The notes under the pieces: model-generated
Database searches by the model: none
Seen by the model: the letters and a program-made list of their open reading frames with translations, nothing else
Told to the model about the DNA's origin: nothing
Program-made: the position numbers and the translations under genes
In this document: piece by piece, positions 1-7,619 of the stretch
Layout: every line of letters begins with the position of its first letter
Position numbering within the stretch: the stretch's first letter is position 1
Assembly: GCA_041640455.1 (NCBI GenBank)
Contig: JBEQAF010000030.1
Span: 1-16,586, forward strand
Source of the DNA: a bacterium
Lineage (GTDB): Bacteria > CALINM01
DNA length: 16,586 bases
Direction: 5' to 3'

Positions 1-171
1 ATAATTCTTATTCATAACCACCCATCAAATGATGTAAATCCCAGTGAGCAGGATGTAAAATTTAGCAAAGAGCTTTACGAGGGATTAAAATACTTTGGCT
101 TTGAGCTCCTTGACCATATAATATTTACTCAGAGCGGTTACTACAGCTTAAAAGACAATGGAATAATTTAA
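1..171 (+). CDS. radC: RadC/JAB-domain protein, C-terminal fragment (5' truncated by the window edge)
   Basis: Frame 1 reads [56 protein letters not shown]. It contains the RadC HNHPS-x-PS-x2-D and LLDHII motifs. Not in the ORF track. Confidence 0.93.
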   Translation: MILIHNHPSNDVNPSEQDVKFSKELYEGLKYFGFELLDHIIFTQSGYYSLKDNGII

Positions 172-188
172 GATACAAGGAGGCAGTT

Positions 189-1046
189 ATGTCAGAGTTT
201 ATAGGCATTATTGGAGGAAGCGGATTATATGATATAGGGCTTGAAAACAGAAGAGAGATTGATGTTTCAACACCCTTTGGGGCACCGTCAGACAGGATTA
301 TTCTGGGGGAGCTTGCTGGAGTAAGTTTTGCTTTTCTGCCAAGGCATGGTAAGGGTCATCGTATAATGCCCTCAGAGATAAATTACAGGGCAAATATTTT
401 TGCGCTTAAAAAGATTGGTGTAAAAAGAGTGATATCTATAAGTGCGGTAGGTAGTATGAAAGAAGAGCTGGCGCCAGGCACCCTTATTCTACCTGACCAG
501 TTCATAGATTTTACAAAAAAGAGAGAGAGCAGTTTCTTTGGCAACGGTATAGTGGGACATGTATCTATGGCTGAGCCTACCTGTAGCTCTTTAAGGGAGC
601 TTATATTTAATATTGCTAAAAATACTGGTTATCAGATAAAAAACGGTGGTACCTATATCTGCATTGAAGGACCTCAGTTCTCCTCAAAAGCCGAATCTTT
701 TCTCTGGAGAAGCTTTAATGTAGATGTGATAGGTATGACCAATATGCCTGAAGCCAAGCTTGCAAAGGAAGCAGAGCTTTGCTACGCTACTCTTGCTTTA
801 TCTACCGATTATGATTGCTGGCATGAGGTGGAGGAGGCAGTTTCTGTAGATGCCATAATCAGAACCCTGCTTGAAAATGTGGAGAAGGCAAAAAATATTC
901 TGAAAGAGATCCCTAAAAGGATAGCTGAGATAAAAAAATGTAACTGCCATGAGTCATTAAAATATGCCATCATTACAGATAAAAATGTAATCCCCGATGA
1001 TACAAAGGATAAACTTAAAGAAATAATGGGCAAATATCTCAGCTGA
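189..1046 (+). CDS. mtnP: S-methyl-5'-thioadenosine phosphorylase (PNP/MTAP family 2)
   Basis: Motifs [54 protein letters not shown] and TDYDCWH. RBS AGGAGG at about 178-183. Confidence 0.95.
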   Translation: MSEFIGIIGGSGLYDIGLENRREIDVSTPFGAPSDRIILGELAGVSFAFLPRHGKGHRIMPSEINYRANIFALKKIGVKRVISISAVGSMKEELAPGTLILPDQFIDFTKKRESSFFGNGIVGHVSMAEPTCSSLRELIFNIAKNTGYQIKNGGTYICIEGPQFSSKAESFLWRSFNVDVIGMTNMPEAKLAKEAELCYATLALSTDYDCWHEVEEAVSVDAIIRTLLENVEKAKNILKEIPKRIAEIKKCNCHESLKYAIITDKNVIPDDTKDKLKEIMGKYLS

Positions 1047-1051
1047 CCCAT

Positions 1052-1789
1052 CTAATAGTTAAAGCTCAGGGCAAACATAACCTTTTCTTTGCTTATCATA
1101 ATAAGAGGCAGATAGGAGGGCTTTTTAAGCCCTTCTCTTTTATAAAGATAGCTTGCCACAGTATAGCCAATGGTGGCACCGAATAGGGTATCTGATAGAT
1201 AATGCTTATTTTCGTAAAGCCGTCCGAAGGCAGTAATAACAGGAAAAATATATAAATAGCTATTGTCATAAAATTTGGCATAGGTTGTAAACAGGGCAGT
1301 TGATGCTGCCATATGCTTGGAGGGGAAGCTGTCGTGGGAAAAAGAAAAAGGATTAAATTCAAAAGGACTTTTGCTGTTTTCGGGTCTTTTCCTGCCTGTG
1401 GCAATGCTTATGGCGCCTGCAATGGCTGTAGAAAAGAATACTGATTCTGCGGCTCTGAATGAGCTTCGGTTAAGCTTTGATTCCTTTTCTGTAAAGCCAT
1501 ATATGCTTAAGGGTGTAAAAAAGCTTAGATAGGGGTTCCCTATAAGATTACCAGTGTCTGATAGCGCTTTATTGGTAGAGCTTCTGCTACTATTTATATC
1601 TTTTCGAATCTCCCGATCAAAAAAGAAGGACATACCTGTTAATAGACTTCCGTATATAATCGGCTCACTGCTCTCCTTGAGTCTAAACATCATTACATCC
1701 TCTTTTACAGCAGAGATATCTTTTCCGAACTCGCCAGCAGAGACGTTCTGGGATAAAAATATTACTAAGAGCAAACATAAAAGTGGCAT
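1052..1789 (-). CDS. PAP2-family phosphatase with N-terminal signal peptide; C1 and C2 motifs are variant
   Basis: GRKRP (C1), SFPSKH (C2, normally PSGH) and GRLYENKHYLSD (C3, SRxxxxxHxxxD). Hydrophobic N-terminus ending VSA. Confidence 0.85.
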   Translation of the reverse strand: MPLLCLLLVIFLSQNVSAGEFGKDISAVKEDVMMFRLKESSEPIIYGSLLTGMSFFFDREIRKDINSSRSSTNKALSDTGNLIGNPYLSFFTPLSIYGFTEKESKLNRSSFRAAESVFFSTAIAGAISIATGRKRPENSKSPFEFNPFSFSHDSFPSKHMAASTALFTTYAKFYDNSYLYIFPVITAFGRLYENKHYLSDTLFGATIGYTVASYLYKREGLKKPSYLPLIMISKEKVMFALSFNY

Positions 1790-1867
1790 AGAAGGATTAT
1801 ATTACATAAACAATAAAATTTCAGAAAAATCTTTTTAATGGTAATGATTTAAAGTATTATAGCTTTT

Positions 1868-2590
1868 ATGGAGGCGCTAAATAATATCTATATAATACTT
1901 CTTCTGCCCAAAAAGGCAGGAAATGTGGGCTCTGTTGCAAGAGTTTTAAAGAACTTCAATGTGGAAAAGCTAAGGATTGTAACCAAGAAAAAAATAACTG
2001 AGACCTTCGAAGCAAAAAAAATGGCCGTTCATGCAGAGGATGTTCTTTCAGGGGCAGAGATCTTTAGTAACCTCCAATCGGCAATTAAGGATCTTAATGT
2101 TATAATAGGAGCAACCGGGAAAAAACATAAAGAGATACCTGAAAGACTGAACATAAGAGATCTTGGAAACATCATATCTCTATCCCAGAAAAACAAAATA
2201 GGTATACTTTTTGGACCCGAAGACAGAGGCTTATCAAATGAGGAGATCTCCCTTTGCAACTTCTCTTTGACAATACCGACTTCAAAAAAATATTCATCTC
2301 TAAATCTTTCTCACTCAGTAGCTGTGGTTTTGTATGAGATTTTTCAGCAGTATCACAGCTATGAGCCATCAAAGCGGGTTCTTGCTTCAAAAGAGAGCAT
2401 GGAAAGATTGTATGAGCGAATGAAAGAGGTGTATCTTGAGATAGGATTTCTGGATAAAATAAATCCCGAAAGGATTCTTAAAGTTTTAAAAAATATCTAT
2501 GACAGGGCTCTTCTAAATGAGCGGGAGGTGAGAATACTTATGGGAGTTCTCAAACAGACCATCTGGTTTAAAAACAGATCTAAATCTTAG
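1868..2590 (+). CDS. trmJ: tRNA (cytidine/uridine-2'-O)-methyltransferase, TrmJ/LasT SPOUT family
   Basis: GNVGSVARVLKNF, ILFGPEDRGLSNEE and SSLNLSHSV motifs, plus the TrmJ C-terminal helical region ending EREVRILMG. Confidence 0.9.
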   Translation: MEALNNIYIILLLPKKAGNVGSVARVLKNFNVEKLRIVTKKKITETFEAKKMAVHAEDVLSGAEIFSNLQSAIKDLNVIIGATGKKHKEIPERLNIRDLGNIISLSQKNKIGILFGPEDRGLSNEEISLCNFSLTIPTSKKYSSLNLSHSVAVVLYEIFQQYHSYEPSKRVLASKESMERLYERMKEVYLEIGFLDKINPERILKVLKNIYDRALLNEREVRILMGVLKQTIWFKNRSKS

Positions 2591-3389
2591 GCTTTTCAAA
2601 AAGGAGCGCTGTCTCGAGAAGGTTTGAAAATATGCAAAGCTCATAAATACCTGATTTTTTAAAGGAAATAAAGTTAGCATCTTTAAAAGTTTCTTTTGCC
2701 AGCTCTTCGGATAGCCCCTCTAAAGTCAGATCTATCACCATTTTTGGAGAAAAGGCTTTAAATACTGACCACTCATCTATGGCGGATGTAATTATTAGAA
2801 GGTCAGTAGCATGATTTGTATCGGCACAATCTGAATTAATAAATCTAAAGCCAATCTTTTCTTTTATGAGCCAGACTGCTAAAAGTTTACTCAAAAGATC
2901 ATTACCGCCTAAAATGGTCAGGCTGAGATTTCTTAAATCTACTTTGCTTGCTTTTACAAATTCGGGAAGGGCAATAATTTCTGGAGGCATTAGTCTATGA
3001 CTGGAAGTCACAAACATGCCCGAACTGAGAGGTGTCACAAATGCCACATCTTTCATAAAATGTATGTGAGAATAGATCCTTTGAGTATTAATATCCGTTG
3101 AGGGAGCAATATTTAGAAAAATCCCCTGAACATAGGGATTGTTATTCACCTCTTCAATAATTTTTAAAATCTCCCCTTCTGTAAAAGATTCCACAATGGA
3201 AGTTATATCGGTATTAACACCAAGCTCATTACCTAAAAGATTCATTTTTTCTGAGATAATTTTTGTAGTAACAGATTCACCAATAGACAGAATAAAAATA
3301 CGTGGCTGTATGTTCTGTTTTTTTAAAAGACTGAAGCTCAGTCTGAGCTCTTCTGTAAAAGAATTTCTTAATAAGACCTGGTCAATCAT
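2580..3389 (-). CDS. Divergent FolD-like protein (THF dehydrogenase/cyclohydrolase fold), probably catalytically inactive
   Basis: Colinear with the adjacent FolD (ELG, NNNPYVQGI, KDV, DLLI, VIDL), but the catalytic and NADP-binding motifs are replaced. Confidence 0.75.
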   Translation of the reverse strand: MIDQVLLRNSFTEELRLSFSLLKKQNIQPRIFILSIGESVTTKIISEKMNLLGNELGVNTDITSIVESFTEGEILKIIEEVNNNPYVQGIFLNIAPSTDINTQRIYSHIHFMKDVAFVTPLSSGMFVTSSHRLMPPEIIALPEFVKASKVDLRNLSLTILGGNDLLSKLLAVWLIKEKIGFRFINSDCADTNHATDLLIITSAIDEWSVFKAFSPKMVIDLTLEGLSEELAKETFKDANFISFKKSGIYELCIFSNLLETALLFEKPKI

Positions 3390-3425
3390 AAAAAAATGAA
3401 GGGCTGTATAGTAGACAGCCCTTCA
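3390..3425 (-). terminator. Intrinsic terminator after folD
   Basis: Perfect 11-bp stem TGAAGGGCTGT/ACAGCCCTTCA (3397-3425) with a 7-nt loop, followed by T7 on the minus strand (3390-3396). Confidence 0.85.
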
Positions 3426-3432
3426 AAATAGT

Positions 3433-4320
3433 TTATTTCAAACCTGCTGCAAATTTTGCTGCATTGAGTGTGTTAAGCATAAGCATGGTAATTGTCATTG
3501 GTCCCACTCCACCTGGAACAGGAGTAATCATACTGGCAATCTCCTTAACTCCTTCAAAATCAACATCTCCGCAAAGTTTTGCCTTCCCTTCAGGGGTTGT
3601 TCCTATTCTGTTAACGCCCACGTCTATTACAACAGCACCGGGTTTAACCATATCTTTAGTAACGGCATTTGGTTTTCCTGCTGCTACGATTAATATGTCG
3701 GCTCTTTTGGTATGATAGGCAAGATCTTTTGTACCTGTGTGGCAGATAGTAACTGTTGCATTGGCTCCAGGTGCTTTCTGCAGGAGCATGTTTGCGATGG
3801 GCTTTCCTACAATATTGCTTCTACCTACAACAACAACCTCAGCACCATCAACTTTTACACCGCTTCTTATAAGCATCTGTTGAACACCATAGGGGGTGCA
3901 GGGGTAAAACTTTGCTTCACCGATAACTAACCTTCCCACATTTACAGGATGAAAGGCATCCACATCCTTGTCAGGGTTTATGGCGTATAAAACCTTATTT
4001 TCATTAACATGCTTTGGCAGGGGAAGCTGAACGAGTATCCCGTGAATCTTTGGATCATTATTATAATTATCAATTAGTTTTAAAAGGGCTTCCTCTGAGA
4101 TATCTGCAGGCTGGTCATCCTGAACTGAGTAATAGCCAAGCTCCTTTGCTGTCTTCTGCTTGGCTGTGACATAGCTAACCGATGCAGGATTGTTTCCTAC
4201 AAGAATGGTTACAAGTCCGGGAGTAACCCCCTTTTTGGCTTTAAGCTCTTCAACCTCCTTTTTAATCTCTTCTCTGATCTGAGCGGCAATCTCGATACCG
4301 CTGATAATCTTTGCTGACAT
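3433..4320 (-). CDS. folD: Bifunctional methylenetetrahydrofolate dehydrogenase/cyclohydrolase
   Basis: Y50xxxK54, GILVQLPLP, KDVD, PCTP, GRSNIVGKP, VIDVG and ITPVPGGVGPMT are all intact. RBS AAGGAGG upstream. Confidence 0.98.
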   Translation of the reverse strand: MSAKIISGIEIAAQIREEIKKEVEELKAKKGVTPGLVTILVGNNPASVSYVTAKQKTAKELGYYSVQDDQPADISEEALLKLIDNYNNDPKIHGILVQLPLPKHVNENKVLYAINPDKDVDAFHPVNVGRLVIGEAKFYPCTPYGVQQMLIRSGVKVDGAEVVVVGRSNIVGKPIANMLLQKAPGANATVTICHTGTKDLAYHTKRADILIVAAGKPNAVTKDMVKPGAVVIDVGVNRIGTTPEGKAKLCGDVDFEGVKEIASMITPVPGGVGPMTITMLMLNTLNAAKFAAGLK

Positions 4321-4503
4321 ACTTTCCTCCTTAAATTAAGTTTGTTTTAATTTTTAAAATAATTACAGGTATATTGTCAAGGAAAATATGTTATTCTGTT
4401 TGCTTGATAAACCTTGAGGATAATTTCTTTTTTAACTCTTTAGTTTTATTTAGCAAACATTAGATTTTTAGCATGGCAGAACAATCAGGTTTTAAAGGAT
4501 AAG

Positions 4504-4576
<73 letters not shown>

Positions 4577-4590
4577 ATAAAGTATTAGAA

Positions 4591-4620
4591 ATATTACAAC
4601 TTACATAGCTTAATAGTCAA
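4591..4620 (-). promoter_or_regulatory. Putative sigma70 promoter for tRNA-Ala
   Basis: TTGACT (4620-4615), 18-nt spacer, TAATAT, just upstream of the tRNA 5' end. Confidence 0.45.
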
Positions 4621-4675
4621 GCAAAATCTGTTTTTAAAAATTTTATTTTATGGTAATATAAAAAAATAATTTTTC

Positions 4676-4703
4676 TTGACATTATGTTTAAATGTAATAT
4701 AGT
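4676..4703 (+). promoter_or_regulatory. Putative sigma70 promoter for cooS
   Basis: TTGACA (4676-4681), 16-nt spacer, TATAGT (4698-4703), with an AT-rich upstream element. Confidence 0.55.
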
Positions 4704-4759
4704 CTTAAAGTTAGTTTTTAGAGCAGAATAATTATTTACATAGTAAGAAGGGGGAGAGT

Positions 4760-6694
4760 ATGTCAGAGCATCCAAGAACAGTGTCTCCAACGACTGCCGA
4801 GTTGTTGGAAAAAGCAAGCAGGGAAAAGATTGAAACAGCTTTCGACAGAGCCGAAAAGGTTAAGGCTTGTCCTATAGGTGCTGTATCAGCATGTTGCAAG
4901 CATTGCTTCATGGGACCCTGTAGATTAAATCCTAAGGATGGTAGTGGGCTTGGCGTTTGTGGCGCCGATATCAACACAATTCAGGCAAGAAACTTTGCAA
5001 GAATGGTAGCTTCAGGAGCAGCTGCACACAGCGACCATGCGCTTACCACCACTTATGTGTTTTTGGCAGCTGCCAAAGGTGAGGTTGAGGGCTATGAGAT
5101 TAAAGATGAGAAAAAGCTTTATGCAGTAGCAAAGAGAAATGGTATCAAAACAGAGGGTAGGTCTGTTAAGGACATTGCCATTGAGCTTGGCGAGCTTTAT
5201 TTAAAAGATTTTACCCAGCAGGAAGGCGAGCTTTCTCACTTTAAATGGGCACCTAAGAAAAGACAGGAGATCTGGAAAAAGAATGGCGTTCTTACAAGAG
5301 GTGTTCAGAGAGAGATTATGGAGCTTATGCACAGGACGCACATGGGGGTCGATCAGGATTATAAAAACATTATTTTAGCTTCCACAAGAGCAGCTTTAGC
5401 AGATGGTTGGGGCGGATCTATGATTGCCGCAGATCTTCAGGATATCATGTTTGGCACCCAGTCACCAAAGAAATCAGAGATAGATCTTGGTGTTTTAAAA
5501 GAAGATATGGTTAACGTTATCATTCACGGGCATGAGCCTGTACTTGCTGAAGCACTGCTTTCGGCTTCTCAGGATCCTGAAGTAACTGCTTATGCAAAAT
5601 CGAAAGGAGCAAATGGAGTTAATCTGGTAGGTATGTGCTGTTCTGGTGCAGAGATTCTTGTAAGACACGGTGTAAAATATGCTGGTAACTTCATGCAGAC
5701 CGAAGCAGCCATAGTAACAGGTGCTGTAGAAGCAATGGTAGTAGATGTTCAGTGCATCATGCAGGGTCTGGTTGAGGTTGCAAAATGTTATCACACAAGA
5801 ATAGTTACAACAAATACGAGATGTAAGATTACAGATTCAGATTTTGTAGAGTTTGACGACCATCATCCTCTTCCAAGTGCCAAGAAAATACTGATGGATG
5901 CCTGTGACAACTTTACAAGGAGATTAAAAGACAAAGTTCATATACCATCAAAGACTCAGGAGCTTGTAGTGGGTTTTGGCAACGAATCCATAGAGTATAT
6001 GCTTGGTGGTAGCTTCAGAAGCTCATTCAGACCACTAAACGATAATATTATCAATGGCAGAATTAGAGGTATTGCAGGTGTTGTTGGATGCAATAACCCG
6101 AGGGTAAAACATGATGCAGTGCATCTGGCTCTCGTAGAAGAGCTTCTTGCCAACGACATTCTTGTTGTGCAGACAGGATGCTCTGCTACAGCCTGTGGTA
6201 AGGCAGGTTTTATGACCCCTGAAGCAGCTTATAAATATGCTGGAGCGGGGTTAAGAGAGGTATGTGAGGCGGTAGGTATTCCCCCCGTCCTCCATGCAGG
6301 CTCATGTGTTGACAACAGTAGAATACTTGTTGCCGCATGTAATATAATAGCTGAAGGCGGATTAGGAGAAGATATAGCTGATATTCCTGCCGCAGGTGCA
6401 GCCCCTGAGTATATGAGTGAAAAGGCTATAGCTATAGGTCAGTATTTTGTAGGTTCGGGTGTATTTACCGTATTTGGTGTTACCTTCCCAACCATAGAAG
6501 GCACTAAGTTCCACAACTATCTCTTCAATGAGATTGAACAGGATCTCGGAGGCAAATGGGGTTTTGCAACAGAGGCATCAAAGATTGCCCAGCTCATGAT
6601 AGACCATATTAACAAAAAGAGAGTTGCTCTCAATATTCATCAGAAGAAAGAGAGAAAGCTCTTTGATATGGCAGACAGAAGAGAACTTAAATAA
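4760..6694 (+). CDS. cooS: Anaerobic Ni,Fe carbon monoxide dehydrogenase catalytic subunit
   Basis: D/B-cluster cysteines in CPIGAVSACCKHCFMGPC..GVCG. C-cluster ligands HGHEP, GMCC, DVQC, VVGCNN, TGCS and GSCVDNSR. Catalytic AAHSDH and SEKA. RBS GGGGAG. Confidence 0.97.
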   Translation: MSEHPRTVSPTTAELLEKASREKIETAFDRAEKVKACPIGAVSACCKHCFMGPCRLNPKDGSGLGVCGADINTIQARNFARMVASGAAAHSDHALTTTYVFLAAAKGEVEGYEIKDEKKLYAVAKRNGIKTEGRSVKDIAIELGELYLKDFTQQEGELSHFKWAPKKRQEIWKKNGVLTRGVQREIMELMHRTHMGVDQDYKNIILASTRAALADGWGGSMIAADLQDIMFGTQSPKKSEIDLGVLKEDMVNVIIHGHEPVLAEALLSASQDPEVTAYAKSKGANGVNLVGMCCSGAEILVRHGVKYAGNFMQTEAAIVTGAVEAMVVDVQCIMQGLVEVAKCYHTRIVTTNTRCKITDSDFVEFDDHHPLPSAKKILMDACDNFTRRLKDKVHIPSKTQELVVGFGNESIEYMLGGSFRSSFRPLNDNIINGRIRGIAGVVGCNNPRVKHDAVHLALVEELLANDILVVQTGCSATACGKAGFMTPEAAYKYAGAGLREVCEAVGIPPVLHAGSCVDNSRILVAACNIIAEGGLGEDIADIPAAGAAPEYMSEKAIAIGQYFVGSGVFTVFGVTFPTIEGTKFHNYLFNEIEQDLGGKWGFATEASKIAQLMIDHINKKRVALNIHQKKERKLFDMADRRELK

Positions 6695-6712
6695 TAACAA
6701 AGGGGGAGTTCT

Positions 6713-6895
6713 ATGAAGGCGACTATCACATTGGATGAGAAAGAACAACAGCTAATAGAAACCATCTATGAAGACAAAGATAAAGATGCCGCTCTAAATT
6801 TCGTTATTGATGTTATCAGAGCAAAGGTTCATGAGCAGATTAAAAGCGGTGCTTCCTGTGGAAATATTTTTAATCCAGGTGCAGAAAAGAAATAA
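6713..6895 (+). CDS. Small hypothetical protein (60 aa), co-transcribed with cooS
   Basis: Strong RBS AGGGGGAG, starts 18 nt after the cooS stop, plausible helical composition, followed by a terminator. Confidence 0.75.
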   Translation: MKATITLDEKEQQLIETIYEDKDKDAALNFVIDVIRAKVHEQIKSGASCGNIFNPGAEKK

Positions 6896-6915
6896 TCATG
6901 TAATATATCAGTCTT

Positions 6916-6960
6916 AAAAGGCTGGGGGCTTAAAAAAGCCCCAGCCTTTTTGTTTTTTTT
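6916..6960 (+). terminator. Intrinsic terminator of the cooS operon
   Basis: Hairpin AAAAGGCTGGGGGCT / AGCCCCAGCCTTTT with one bulge, followed by a long T tract. Confidence 0.85.
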
Positions 6961-6987
6961 AATCCAACATGAGGAGGTGATTTTGAA

Positions 6988-7167
6988 ATGAAGAAATTTG
7001 TTGCGTCTTCTGTATTGGCAATTCTGGTAGCAGGCATGGCTCTCGTTGCATGTCAGAAAAAAGAAGAACCCGCACCAGCACCAGCACCCGCACCTGCAGT
7101 TCAGCAGCAGTCCACATCTAAGGCTGCACCTGCACCAGCTCCTGCGCCCGCACCTGAGAAAAAGTAG
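6988..7167 (+). CDS. Small Pro/Ala-rich lipoprotein (59 aa), missed by the ORF track
   Basis: MKKFVASSVLAILVAGMALVA-C22-QKKEEPAPAPAPAPAVQQQSTSKAAPAPAPAPAPEKK*. RBS GAGGAGG at 6971-6977, lipobox LVAC, and wobble variation across the CCN-GCN repeats. Confidence 0.88.
   Translation: MKKFVASSVLAILVAGMALVACQKKEEPAPAPAPAPAVQQQSTSKAAPAPAPAPAPEKK
7069..7155 (+). repeat. Two hexanucleotide-period (CCNGCN) coding repeats, (PA)5 and (AP)5
   Basis: 7069-7098 is ccc gca cca gca cca gca ccc gca cct gca. 7126-7155 is gca cct gca cca gct cct gcg ccc gca cct. Confidence 0.85.
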
Positions 7168-7207
7168 TTTTTTAATTTTTATTTTTTGTTTATTTTTTAT
7201 ATTGGTT

Positions 7208-7237
7208 AGGGGATGTTTTTTAATCATCCCCTTTTTT
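7208..7237 (+). terminator. Intrinsic terminator after the lipoprotein gene
   Basis: AGGGGATG / CATCCCCT stem followed by a T run, lying between convergent genes. Confidence 0.7.
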
Positions 7238-7261
7238 ATTATCTAAGGATGGGAAGATAGG

Positions 7262-7546
7262 TTATTTGATGGCTTTTATAAACTCATCTACAGGGATAGC
7301 CGGATGGGAGCTTATCTGAACAGTTCCTCTTGCTCCGAGTTCAATAGAAATTTTAGCCACTGTCTCGTTGTCTTTTGCCTCAAGGATGGTTATAAAATCA
7401 TATCCACCAAGTATCGCGTACTGACTGATTACCTTGGCACCTAAAAGCTCAATCTCTTTATTAACCTCCTTTATCCTTTCAGGCTTGGATTTGATTGTTC
7501 TTCTGCCTTCATCTGTCAGATTGGATAACATTACAAAATATGGCAT
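7262..7546 (-). CDS. GYD domain-containing protein
   Basis: MPYFVMLSNLTDEG N-terminus, the LGGYDF motif and the 94-aa length are typical of the GYD family. RBS AGGAGG. Confidence 0.9.
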   Translation of the reverse strand: MPYFVMLSNLTDEGRRTIKSKPERIKEVNKEIELLGAKVISQYAILGGYDFITILEAKDNETVAKISIELGARGTVQISSHPAIPVDEFIKAIK

Positions 7547-7572
7547 AGGTCCCCTCCTAACTTTTTATTAAA

Positions 7573-7601
7573 AGTATATTTTAGGATGGTTAAAAAGTCA
7601 A
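7573..7601 (-). promoter_or_regulatory. Putative sigma70 promoter for the GYD gene
   Basis: TTGACT (7601-7596), 17-nt spacer, TATACT (7578-7573): near-consensus with ideal spacing. Confidence 0.65.
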
Positions 7602-7619
7602 AAAAGTAAAATCTAAAAA

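Noticed and set aside
2580..2590. 11-nt 3' overlap of trmJ and the folD-like gene
   Set aside because: Short convergent overlaps are common in compact genomes, and there is no sign of special function.
7069..7155. CRISPR-like or noncoding tandem repeat
   Set aside because: The period is 6 nt with third-position variation and there are no spacers, so it is a coding repeat.
6829..7246. Cys/Arg-rich 132-aa (minus) and His-rich 66-aa (plus) ORFs, tempting as metal-binding proteins near CODH
   Set aside because: They are alternate-frame and antisense shadows of the Pro-Ala repeats. The lipoprotein frame has the RBS, lipobox and wobble pattern.
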